Source: Octopus vulgaris (taxonomy: Eukaryota). From it: a DNA stretch of 64,000 nt. The number at the start of each line of letters is the position of its first letter. Position 1 is the first letter of the stretch. The stretch is from assembly GCA_951406725.2 (NCBI GenBank), contig OX597815.1:185504001-185568000 (forward strand), written 5' to 3'. The notes beneath the pieces were generated by a model. The model did not search any database and was not told where the DNA came from. It saw only the letters and a program-made list of their open reading frames with translations. The position numbers were made by a program, and so were the translations under genes. Positions 14,117 through 27,757 of the stretch are shown in pieces.

Positions 14117-17100
14117 CCATTATATTTTGTGAAATTTGATTTAGTATTTCTAAATCCAATTTTTTCCCTGTAAGTGTAGAATAATATTCCCTCATATTAT
14201 ATATACATATATGCATATACATGTGCAAGTGTATATATATATATATATCATTTAATAAACACAGGAGTTATGTGTGAGCTACTCCTGTAGCTCACACAGA
14301 ACTTGAATACTACACTTATTCGATAGGCTTGTATATCATGTATACCAAGCTTCATACTATCCTGTGATTGTTCAGTGTCATTCTGAGTTTGAATAATTGC
14401 AGAATAGTGCGTGGCGTACTACAGAATTTCATCCAAAGCTTGCTTTGAGTGAAACATTTGATAACATTCAAAGAAGGCTTTTTGCTGAGTCTGAGGCTTC
14501 ACTTGCCCAAGGTGTCCCGCAATGGGACTGAACCTGAAAACCATGGTTGGGAAGCAAACTTATTAACCACATAGCGTGGTATATATATATATATATACGC
14601 ATATATATATATATATGTATGTATGTATATATATATATATATATAAAAAGGAAAATTTTTGTTATACATATCAACACGTGTGTTACTTTTCTACCTTCTA
14701 CATATATATTTTTTTATATATATATATATATATACACACACGTACACAAATATAATGCATGTTGATATGTAGACATGTGTAACATATTTGTATGCATATG
14801 TCTTTGTATGTAAGTACATACATATATGAGTGTGTATACATAAGTGCAGACATGCATAAATATATACATATTTTCTAATTATGTGTTGTGGAGGATAGAA
14901 AATATGCATATATGTGTGTGGAGACTAATATATGTGTTTATATATTATTTCCTTTAATTAATCTAATTAATTAACATGTTTAAAATGTTCTAGCCTGGAA
15001 AATCAATTTTAAGATGCCTTATATGAAAAGCAGTTTATGTTTATGGCTAATTTTCACAAAAGAAAGCATGGTTCAATAAATATAAAAGAAAACCTGAGTA
15101 AAAATTCTATGAACATTTGTAAATGTCTCTATACATGTATCTTCTAAACTATAATGTCTAACAACATTTGTTTTCTCTGTCACATCGTTCACCTCATAAG
15201 AGTTATTATTACTTGTTACTAATATGGCCATGTCAGAAATAACTAACCTTTGGATTAGATTTCTACACATTAGTGGCATTAATATTTTGTAATTCTTTCC
15301 AGGCTATCTCTTAACTGCAGTGAGGTCTTGTAGAGTGAAAGAACATTTTTTTGTTATTCTGATATAATATAAAGACATTACATGAAAGATGTAGTTGTTG
15401 TCTCATTCGACTCTAATAACAGTTTTCAATACAATAGAATTTCACATATAGAAAATAATTCTTTTTCCCATTTGTAACAACATTCAGTCAATGAAAAGAA
15501 AAGCAAATAGTTATTTTGCAGAACACAATTTGATAAACAGTTAAGTGCTATAAATTCTATAAAGCATTCTAAACCCTTTCATTTAATGTCTAGTTGAATA
15601 AATCTCTGACATTTTTTCTTTATGTAATCAGTAGAAATTGTTGGACAATCAACCATGTTATTCTGAAATAAATCTAATTTTATTATATTCGTTAATATAT
15701 ACTGTATATTTGTAATAGTAAATCTCAGGTGATAATGTGATGTGTCATCACATGCTATTTGTAGAAAATCATTAATAATTTTGAAATGTTGATTTATTTC
15801 TATTAACCTATTTTGGTTAACAATAAATTCTGATTTTGTAAATACACAATCTTTTAAATCATAATATATAATATATCTCACTGCAGCTTCAAATAACACA
15901 ATAACAATTAATGACGCATTTGCATCAGTTTGTCATGCTTTCATTTTACTTTTTTTATTTACTATCAATAATTTTTTTGTGTTACAAATAGAATAGCTTG
16001 TGTTTTAATATGCTGACACAAAATTTCAACTTGTAGTAATTGAGGTTACAGATAATCAGATATCTCTCTCGCTCTCATACACATACATATTCACAATTAT
16101 ACACTACATACTTGAAGATCCATATATATATATTTATATATACACTACATACATGTATATGCACACATACAATTATATATGCTTACATATATACACATAA
16201 GTTTTCATTTCTAAATGTAAATTTTAGTACTAATATTGAGATAATTATATTAATATTATGCACAGAGAATAAAACCAAAACATAAATTTCTATAAATTCC
16301 TTAGATTTATGGAGTGCCTTTGACAACAAGCATTTTATTATAACATTTGATTTATACCTATATACAAACTACATTTATACATCCATTAATACTTCCAGGA
16401 CAATTTAAGTTTCTTAAATACAAGATTGGTTTCAAAAACAAAAAAAGAATTAAACATTCTCTGGTAATGTGTCAGCAGCAAAATTTCTATCTGGTTCAAC
16501 AAAATTTCTAGTTTTATTAAGTGGTGTCAAGGAAAGCGTTTTGAAATTCAAATACCACAATTTTCTATTGTTAACATTTACTATTTTCTGTTTTGTAGTT
16601 ATATACAATCAGGTCTGAGCAGTATAGACACATAGTATCTTTCAAATAAAATTAATGATTATATTTACAATAATGATAACCAACAACATAGGAATGATAT
16701 AATATATTGTGAAGTAAGATAAGAGTAGGTGCAAATTAATAAAAATTATTTAGATTTATAGTGGAAAAAAAATGAGAAATGAATGATATTAATGCTTTTT
16801 TTATGAACATTTGCGAGATAAAAGCATTAGAATTACAACTGGAAATTATTACAATTATTTCTAGGTCATGGATTTGGCCGTCTATGATTTGTATGCTACA
16901 GTAAAGAAAATCTGAAATAAATGTCCTGTAACCCCAGTGTCTTTGTATTCATGTAGCATGTCAATGGCAAGTCTGGCTGGTGGAATTTTCAGGCAACTGA
17001 CTATGTCTATGACTGGAAACTTAGCTGCCAGAGAGGAGGAACTGAATTCATATCACAAAGCTGTCAGAATATTTTAATTACTTATTTGCACCTGCCGTTT

Positions 17101-17227
17101 GTATGCATTAAATGTGATACTTAATACGCAAAATAATCACAAGAAAATTAAACAGTCATAAGGTTTTAGTGACATCATTATCTTAAGCTCTTTGGTATGG
17201 ACAATGAAATTTTTTCAAACGTCTTCC

Positions 17228-17454
17228 AACCCTTTAGCATTTAAACTGGCCAAATTAGGCTCAAATATTCTACCTGTTCTTATGTTCAAACCAGCTGTAT
17301 CTGACCTCTCATACCTACACTACAATGCCATTCTACAAATAAGCAGTCACATCATCAAAATCTCAAAGCAACAAGACACTGCTTGATTAATCCAAAACAA
17401 TGTGAATAAATAAGCATTACATTTCACGAAATAATCTGAATGATTAAGGGTTAA
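17228..17454 (+). mobile_element. piggyBac-like MITE family 1 (also ~830-1029, and 59641-60326 interrupted by family C)
   Basis: Ends aaccctttagcatt ... aagggttaa (TTAA/CCC termini); shared internal sequence. Confidence 0.75.
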
Positions 17455-17749
17455 GATAAAGGGTTAAGCTAAAGGCCAGTTTCACAAGGAAAGGATAAGA
17501 TAATGTGAGTGATTGTTTTAATGTAACCTTTTCGTTCATATTGATCAAAGTGACACACTATTGTTGCAGCTACATTTTATGCAATAGAAGTAAACACTAC
17601 AGTCACAGTTCAGTTCTAGTAAGACTATTATGTAGAATAGTTATTTAACTTGCCCTTTGGCATTATGAAGTTTCATTAAGTTTGACTTGGGTAGAAATTA
17701 TACGTGTGTTTACAAGCACATAAGTTTCACACAACTTTCACCTATAATA

Positions 17750-18170
17750 TTTACATTATTTACATTTGACGGATATTTGTCCTCATCTTGTTGTTAACCT
17801 GTTTCAGCCAATATACCCTCCAGCTTTCATCAGGGGTCTTGGGGAAATTTCAAACCTGGGTTCTCATTCCTAAGGTTGTTGTTGTTGTTGTTGTTGTTAT
17901 TATTATTATTATTATTATTATCATTATTATTGTTATTATTATGTCCGTGGGCATATGGCATAGTGGTTAAGCAGTGATCTCAATAATAATAATAATAATA
18001 TCAAAAAATACCTTAGGAATGAGAACCCACGTTCGAATTTCCCCAAGACACCTGATGAAGGCTGGAGGATATATCAGCCGAAACGGTGTGTTAACAACAA
18101 ACAAGATGAGAACAAATATCCATCAAACGTAAATAATGTACATAATTCCTCATCTCTTAAATATAGAATT
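17750..18170. repeat. Inverted pair of a Penelope-like short repeat carrying degenerate hammerheads (also 33572-33700 and 39985-40125)
   Basis: 17750-17875 is the reverse complement of ~18010-18140; motif agacac-CTGATGA-aggctg...cagcc-GAAAC-ggt-gtgtt. Confidence 0.7.
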
Positions 18171-21039
18171 GAACTTTCACCTATATATGCTCATATTTCA
18201 TTATTTCTTATCATTGATCAAATATCGAAAACAAACACACTTTTGCATTTCTCTGGTTTATTCTTGATAATTTTTCATTGATAATTCTACTCCAATACAA
18301 CTATTCTTCTCGCCTTCGATAATTCTAGGCTGTCTATTATATATAACAACTATTTAGTTTTATACCACAGTTTGAAATGCCAGACTTGAAACTTTGACGT
18401 CACTGTCATCTTTTAAAGCCAAGAAACATTCAACTCTACCTCATGTATTACACATTTTTTGTTTATGAATTTAAGTGCATAAGAAGGTAAATTTCACATG
18501 CACATACGTGGACATGGATCTAATTCTAAAAACTTTTTGTCAATTACGAGAATTATTAAAACTTTTGTTCAAGGGTCAGAAATGTATATTGAAATATTAT
18601 GTAAGTAGTTGTAATAGTGGTTAAGGAAATAAGTAGTAGTAGTATTAGTAGTAGTAGTAGTAGTAATGATAGTAGTGGTAGTAGCAGCAGTGTTAGTAAC
18701 TGTCTTAGTTGTGTGACAATAATTATAATTGTAGAATAATTGGTAAAAAAAACAAAACAAAAAGAGAATGAAAATAAAATATAGGATGATGGTTTTCTGA
18801 AGAATAACAAAGAAGTGATGGATTTCACAGAAGAACGTACATTAAAACATGTAGGTTGTATAATTAATAACATCAGTATCAATAAAGAAGTTGAATTAAT
18901 TATTAGAGTAGATAGCAAGAATTATTACTGTTAGTTTTTTGGGTTGGGGTTTGTTTTTTTTGTTTCAAGGTGGTGGGGCTTGAATTTTGAAATTTTAATC
19001 AAGTCTACATCTATTCTACTAAATTGTCAACTGGAATGTGTAAGTTTTCACCTGTCATCATAAGGAATAAAATATCATGACAAAATCATTCACATATCAA
19101 TGTATAAATAAGTAAGAAAATAATTGAGCTGTTTTATAAACTTCTTTAGAGATTTTCAGCAGAAACTTAATGTCACATCCTGATGATGAGCCTTTTTTTG
19201 GTTATTTTTTAATGTTTTTAACATATTTTTTTTTAAATATTTATATATATATATTTTTCATTTTATATTCAAAGCAGATATTATTACACTTAGGTATAAC
19301 ATTTAGACAATCTCTCTACCAGACAACATGCTATCATTAACTAGGCAACAAGCTTGTAATTATATTATCAAGCTGATATTTGTACAAAATTAAGTATTAC
19401 TTTAGGCTTACAGAGAAAGATTTCTAAATTTTTAGTTAACTTCTTAAAAACATGATTTTAAAGATATCAATAATCAATAAAAATCTAAAATATTAGCAAT
19501 TAGTATCTAAGAAAAAAAATCTTTAAACTTTATATAGCAATTTTCTTACGATTCAATAATTTACGTCTAAAGAGTAGACTATCAAAAGTACTTCAGGCTA
19601 AACGAGACATTTTCAACGCATAACACATCAACACATTTATATAATGAAAATTGTAATATTTAGTAATTTTGAGAAAAAACTCATTCAAACATTATAGAAC
19701 ACCATATAAATAATAAGCTCCTTAGTGATACACTGTAAAAGCAAGAATTCCAATATACACTCAAAAACATATTTCGCATTAGCAATGATCAAGTTTTAAG
19801 CCTTAACAAAAGTAAAAACACTCAAGCACTGATGTGGTAATGATTTGTATCCAAACAACAAATCGTCCTATCATTATTTTAATTATATATTTTAAACATC
19901 AGTAACAGAAATTAATCATAAAACCCTCATATTTTACTTTTAATATTCCTTGAAAAGATTTGATTTGTAAATCTGCATAAGCATACATTTTATTTCAGAC
20001 ATATATTTTTTCCTTATAAGATTATATATGTTGTATATCAACGGAGGTCTGTTTATAAACATTTTGCTTAAAGCGTAGACGAAGCAATAAGTCGTAATTG
20101 TAAATTTAAATGTGGCTATCATATTTATTCATGTAATTATGTGTACATATATATTTTAGATACATTCTAAAATAATTTTTAGAAATGAACTTAATAAATT
20201 ACATGCAGCATATAAATAGAAATCCAACATTATAGATTCTTGGAGCAAACTTATAAAATTAGTTATGTACTTTTAGGATCTTAATTACTTAATAAACCGT
20301 CAAAGTCAATATATGCCTAACTAAACACGTATTATATAACATAGATTATCAATTTAGTATTTTCCTTTAATGCTTGATTCTTGATATTGTTGTTGCAATT
20401 AATCTCAAGCAACTACAGTTATCTTGTTTTACCAATGAACCTCAAAGCTACTTTCTTAAAATTCTTGAGAACAAACTTCTATAATTGCATAATAAACAAG
20501 GAAAATATATACTATAAAGTAGCAAAACAAAACCTATATCACAAACAAACTTAATTTCAAACACATCATAATGAAAATATTTTCTATGCAATTTGATTAT
20601 CAAAATCAATAAAAACTGATTTTTAAGTACCAAGTAGATATGAACTATCACATTATTGATTTTCTTTTTAGAGTTAATTCTCATTACATGAAGCAAATTC
20701 TCTTCAAGAATAACAAAAATACAATTTTCTGATTCATAAAAATTTAGAACCAAAAAATTAACTAAAATTGTTCATCATTTTATACTGCTTCGGCATTGCA
20801 CCGTTACTCTAGAAACGGTACAAATATTTATTTTGCATTATATATTCAATACAAGAAATGAGAAAAATTTTAATTAGCTACTTCATCACTGCTAATTTAT
20901 GTGGTGAGAATATGTCTACGTTAGAATACCAGCATAACTCTGAAGTCACACTCAACTATTTCTTTGTAAAAATAAATTTTGATAATAGGAAAACTGAGTG
21001 GAGTTTTTTTAGTTGATGTTTGAATGCCAATGTATGATT

Positions 21040-21072
<33 letters not shown>

Positions 21073-21126
21073 GATGTGTACATGCACACACACATATATA
21101 TATATATATATATAGATGTGTACATG

Positions 21127-21157
<31 letters not shown>

Positions 21158-22305
21158 GTATGCAGAATGTTTGTATGCATATTTATACAGCATATATATA
21201 TATATGCACACACACAAAGATTGGGTATGCATACATGCATGCATACATGCATGCTTACATGCATGCATACATACATGCATGCATACATACATACATACAC
21301 ACACATACCTATAGGAACACAAACAATGAGATCCTGCAGCATTTTCATTGTATTTCCAGATACAAACTAAAATTTCCCCTCTGATACAAAATCCCAAACC
21401 ATACATTGGTTGGAGTGTGATCCATTCTCTCCTTTTGATTTCAAGCCTTATAGATAATTTAAGTAGCTCCCATTCAATGAAGAATATCACAAGATCAGTG
21501 CTTAATCCTGCACTGGACCTCAAAAACTATAAATCAATTTTTATGCAGATAAAACAATATACACAAGTATATATATACGCATATGTACATCCACACATGT
21601 ATGCATACATACAGGCATATATATATATATATATATATGCCCACACACATACATTAATTTGTGACAGCATTTTATTTAACGTTTGCATTCAAAAGCAAGC
21701 TCAGCAGTTGAAGTATATTTATATATATATATATATGTGCATATACATACATATATACAATCAATAACATTTTTACATCTAAGACATCGATATACATGGA
21801 CAATGGCTAAATTAAGAATACTTCTACTATTACTATTTTTAATTTCAAATCTAAATAACAGGAAAGGAAACTGATATTTCAAACACATTATTTTAGTAGC
21901 TTAAAATAATACCACAACATTTTGGTATAGTAAGTTTATTATGTTGTCTAGTAGATCAAAATAATAACTTTCTTAAGAAATTCAATCTAGTTCATATATT
22001 TCTAAGTGTAAAAATATTCATCAGCATTCTTAAGAAATATAATCCACATTGATCTTAAAAGGACGGGAAAAATTTCAACGTTGTATGACATTGATCTGAG
22101 AATTGACTGATAGTAATATCATGATGCAAATCAAAGGAAAACAACGGTCACAAAAATATGTAAAAATTAGAATATAATAACGAGGGTAAAAAGTGAATGT
22201 TAAGATATAAAAGATAGATAATGCTTGTATGCTACTTCTATTTGAGTTAAGATCAGTGAGTAAACAAAATTAACACTATAAGTTCTATTAATACAAGTGT
22301 GTGTT

Positions 22306-22342
<37 letters not shown>

Positions 22343-22759
22343 AAATATATTGATAAACAGGAAATATATTATTAATATTCTAACAATGGAATATAACAGA
22401 GAATGAGAGATTTACAAAGGCAACAACAAACGGATATTACATTCTTAAAACATAGTTTAAGTAACGATAGTTTACTAAGATATGACATTGTCTATGTGTC
22501 TTTAAGTTTCCTTTTTTTGTAACAATCACGTTGCATCACATACAGTATTTTGACAACGAACATCATCATGAAGGAAGCAATTATACAAGGTAATTCACAG
22601 ACATGAATGACAGAAGCTAGCAGTTGAGACTAAACATCATTAACAGAGATCAAGATGAGAAAATAGATTCAATCTTGAACATTAACTGACATTAAAATTT
22701 TTTTTAAATCATCTATTTATCTCTTACTCTCTGTCATAGCACATGCTTTCCAGACAACG

Positions 22760-22915
22760 CATACATACACAATCATGTATGTACATAAATATATATGGCT
22801 ACATATATGAATTATACACACACTCATATATATATATATATATATATATACATAAATGTATACATATATATATGCACACACTTATATATATATACATAGA
22901 TGTATACATATATAT

Positions 22916-22970
<55 letters not shown>

Positions 22971-23054
22971 GATGTATACATATATATTTATATACATACA
23001 TATACATCCTTATACATACATATACATCCTTATACATAAATATATATATATACT

Positions 23055-23086
<32 letters not shown>

Positions 23087-23477
23087 AACATATATACATA
23101 CACACACACATATATATATACATATCTATATACATATACACACATATATACATACATTATATATACATACATATACACACATATATATATATACATATTA
23201 AAATTTTAAGGGTGCTGAATGATTACAAACACCAGTCTGCTAGAAAGAGGCCCCAAATGGTATATGACCCACGTAGATTATTACTCCACCTTGCTGTCTA
23301 TTTTCCTCGCTTACAACCTTGTATAGTGGAGTAATAATCTACGTGGGTAATACACCATTTGGGGCCTATTTCTAGCAGACTGGTGTTGTAATCATTCAGC
23401 ACCCATATTATAATTTTAATATAAATTAACCATTATGGCATTTTTAGTATGCTGATAAATGATTTAATAATGATCTC

Positions 23478-23521
<44 letters not shown>

Positions 23522-23672
23522 AACATATATGTATATACATACATATATATATTTTTATATACATACATATATATTTATATATACATACATATATATTTAT
23601 ATATACATACATATATATTTATATATACATACATATATATATATATACATACATATATATATATATACATAC

Positions 23673-23703
<31 letters not shown>

Positions 23704-23709
23704 CATACA

Positions 23710-23775
<66 letters not shown>

Positions 23776-24090
23776 CATACATATATATATATATATATAC
23801 ATACATATATATATATATATACACATACATATATATATATATACACATACATATATATATATATACATACATATATATATACATACATATATATATATAT
23901 ATAATATATATATACATACATATATATATACATACATATATATATACATACATATATATATACATACATATATATATACATACATATATATATATATATA
24001 TAATATATATATAATAATATATATAATACATATATATATATATATACATACACACACATACATATATATATATACATACACACACATGCA
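22760..24090. repeat. Compound (TA)n/(TACA)n/(CA)n microsatellite field
   Basis: Direct inspection; source of many spurious I/Y/H/T-rich ORFs. Confidence 0.95.
23197..23420. repeat. Near-perfect fold-back element
   Basis: gggtgctgaatgattaca...gtagattattactccac / gtggagtaataatctac...tgtaatcattcagcaccc. Confidence 0.9.
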
Positions 24091-25802
24091 AACTCATAAA
24101 ATTAAGAAATTTTAATCAACCATTAAATATCAACGCAATAATTTGGCAATTTCCTAATACTGATTTTAATCTTAGCAAACAAAATATACTTTGAAAAATT
24201 ATATCAGCTTTGAGTTACCACAGAAATGATTAATCAAGTCATAGATGTTTTCATAGCTATTTCAGTGCATAATTTATTAATTGTACCAAGAATAAATAAA
24301 TGTCTGAATTTAACATGAACTTTTTTTTTTTGGTGTTTTTTTTCATAATCATGATATGAATTAAGGTGAAAAAGATATTCTATTATCAAATGGTAGAGTA
24401 TTTATAAATTCTACTATGTTCAAATCTATAAAGATGGGAAACTCCAAAACAGTTATTGTGACGTAAAATTTTATAAAATTTTACAATTTCAAACTGATTT
24501 ATTAAAATAAAAAAAATTATTTAAGACTGTATTTTAAATCAATTTAAATTGAACTTATGAATCCTGAAGTTAAGTTACGTTTCCCAAAATTTGAATTTAA
24601 TTGTTTGTTCAATTAAAATTTATTTCTAAACAGCAAACTATGTCTCATAATAGTTTATTAAGATGTCAATAATGAGTAAAATGCTAAAAGCTACGTACTA
24701 AACGAAAGTACTAGGCAAGGAGGAAAGAATTAAATGTCAGGTGTCCAACATAATAATTTAAGAATTCTAATCCTGCTGAAATAAAACAGAATTAATGCTA
24801 AAGGTGGAAAAGAGAATACAAAAAGAGAACTGGTCATAATTTTTATCTCTCACAAAATTTGTCATGGATTTATAAAAATATTATAGAGCAGGTTTCATAT
24901 TTGATCCAAATTTTCTGGATTTAAAAAATAATTATAATAATAATAATAGTTACCAATTATTGTTTAAGACAATAATTAAATATTTCTGCTTGGTCAATTA
25001 ATAATAGTCTTTTTGATTTTGACCATCTCATATGATTTATAATTAATGACATGGATATAAATCTCTTGCTATCATCACAACAAACTATATGGAATTTGTA
25101 ATCTTACAAAAAAAAAAAATAGTAAAGTCTTTAGGATATATTTTTTCCATTTTTTGCATGCAGTCTATGTAGCTTGTCTACAGATTAACTCATGCTTATT
25201 TCTAAATCCTAACATTTATTCACATTTACTTCATACTGTTAAAAAACATACACAAACAAATTATGTGGCATTAAAAAGTAATACAATTCCAAAAAATCAT
25301 TAGTAAAATTTTACAGCAGCATAAGACTAAGCAAAAAGATAAATATACTCATAATCTTAGCTTTAATAAAATCAAGTGATGGAAATATTTAAAAATGAAA
25401 TGTGCTATATGCATGAATACACTCATGAGAACAGATTTTGTTGATAATACAGTGACAAGAAATATGTAAGAAATATTCCAAGAAATTAAACACATATATA
25501 TACATATATAAATTCCAAGTGACAGTGGATAGTGACTTTCTAAAATGATTCTACATGAAAAGGAAGGGATTGAAACACAAAAACCGGAGAAGTATTATTT
25601 TCACATACATCTTCACACAGATGTCTGTATGGAAAATTGACATATGCATGTATATATATATATATATGCATATATACAGTCACACACACATACATATATA
25701 TATGCATGTATATAATCATACACACATATATATATGCATACATATACAGTCACACATACATATATATATGCATACATATACAGTCACACATACATACATG
25801 CA

Positions 25803-25838
<36 letters not shown>

Positions 25839-26850
25839 CAGAGGGAAAGAGAGAGAAGCAAGTAGGGGAGAGAAAGAGAAATAGGTATATATTTATATAT
25901 ACTCATGTATAGACAGACACACATTATGATATGTATAATACTCCCAAACATGTATGGCATATATACCTTTATATACACACATATATGCATGAATGTATAA
26001 CATATGCATTCATATATTCATCTCATATAAATGGAGATACACTTGAATTCTTGGGGATAGAGGGAAATGTGATAGTGATGAAAATAAATAAACAATGAAA
26101 GTGTTGAAATTTACACATCCACACACACACATAAGTAAATATATTCATCTGTGTGTGTGTGTGTGTCTGTGTGTGTATGCATGCACATAAATACATATGT
26201 TCTACTATGGCTCCGTGTTTTTTTCTAATCTATAAATTTATCTAATAGAATTCAAACATGTTAAATGGAGAAGAGGATATAATCAAAAAAATATAAGTAT
26301 GTGCTGGAGGGAATATCAAATATTTAAACTTAAAAGCAAATTTCTGAACGTTATAGTTTACTAAACTTTCAAACAGTTTTATAATTGGACTGGTGTTTTA
26401 TGGTGCTAGCGCTAACCAATACATTTACAAGCAACGATAACAAAGAAGCATATACTTTCAACGAATTATAATTCTCAGGTTTGTGAGAAAACCCAACAAA
26501 GAAATTTTTTATGATTTAGTAATCATTGATGTTAATCATACATCTGTGGCATAGCATTCACAGTAAATGGATAAATATGGCTATATCTAAGCTTAAATGT
26601 GAAAATATTAATATGAGTTTTTATATATCTGAGCTTGACTGCTTGCGTCATGTGACAAATTGCACACCATATAGCCAATTGTCTTTTTTCAAGATATGTA
26701 TATATTTGCATACATATTCAACAGTATTTTGTGAGATCATTTCACTTGGATTTAACATATTTCAGAATACATACAAAGACAGTACATAACTTTTGACATG
26801 AATAAATAATTACAGGCACACGTTCACATATGCACATAGGACTACTATTG

Positions 26851-26886
<36 letters not shown>

Positions 26887-27556
26887 ATATATTTATACAT
26901 ACATACATGCATATATGTATATATATACATATGCATATAAATACATATATATATATATATATGTATATATGTATATCTCATATATACAGATATATATATA
27001 TGTAAATGTATATATAATAATCACACACACACACGACTCATGTACACACTCATATATGTACATAGACACAATTCATACATAGACACAATTCATACATAGA
27101 CACACACATATATACAAACACACATGTATACATATAGTTATATATGTACAGAGGTATATACATATATGTATGTTTTTAAGCTTATATGCAGCTATGTCAA
27201 TATTTATGTAAATAAGTATGCATACATGTAAGTATATACATACGTATGTATATATATATGTATGTATGTATATTTGTATATGTACATAAATATGTATAAT
27301 ATGTATGGTTATATGTGTGAGTATGTAAGTATCTATGTATGCATGCATGTATATATCTATGTAGGAAAGATATTGGAAGTTGGAGAAAAAGGTGACATGA
27401 TGTGGAAGTAGTTTTAACCTCTGAAATGTTCATAAAATTTTCTACTTTCACTTTCACATTAATTCATTAAACTACTCCACTTCAGTAGTTTAAAGTTTAT
27501 ATTCAAAAGAAAAACCAGTTGAACTTTTAGTACCTTCAATAGTGTTTATATATACA

Positions 27557-27598
<42 letters not shown>

Positions 27599-27757
27599 TA
27601 TATATAATGTGCAGCCTCTTTGTTTCATTTGAGATTTTTTATTAATTGAAGGCCACATAACGAATTTGAAATTTAAAGTGTTTGGCTGTGCAATTATATT
27701 GAACAATGGCATGTCATCACACAAAATTCATGCAGCAACACAAGGAAGAGAATTTAC

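Larger units (their letters stand above)
3200..26800 (+). pseudogene. Heavily decayed dynein heavy chain-like sequence, copy A (left end uncertain)
   Basis: Colinear degenerate motifs: 7253 IEEHLKKWE; 7495 KHPEP*CINQS*ILNLQGETA (cf. YLEPIF..DI..QLP.E); 7860 CLSPGNELI (cf. MISPEGE); 8322 LSYEYD*TKILY/KLTSVCY (cf. YGYEYLG..RLVITPLTDRCY); 9020 ILFGFSEE...KLCRKV; 10251 NI*REGLMYSIL (cf. EW.DGIL); 16864 AVYDLYATVKKI*NKCPVTP...YHKAVRIF; 18800 NNKEVMDFTEERTLKHVGCI; 21330 KFPL/IQNPKPYIGW...SVLNPALDLKNYK; 24416 FKSIKMGNS (cf. SISLGQGQ); 26202 LLWLRVFF; 26372 FIIGLVFYGAS (cf. YIHGLFLEGAR). Many stops, frameshifts and TE insertions. Confidence 0.65.

Noticed and set aside
10046-20761. Array of alternative complexin terminal exons: minus-strand ORFs 10046-10392, 15579-15880 and 20448-20761 each begin at a phase-1 AG
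   Set aside because: The peptides resemble neither each other nor complexin tails, and the acceptors are mediocre. All lie antisense to dynein copy A, where the T-rich strand has fewer stops. Junction reads from 27758 would revive the idea.
20956-27457. Many 60-170 aa I/Y/H/T/C/V-rich ORFs (also around 39 kb and 42 kb)
   Set aside because: Translations of TA/CA microsatellites.
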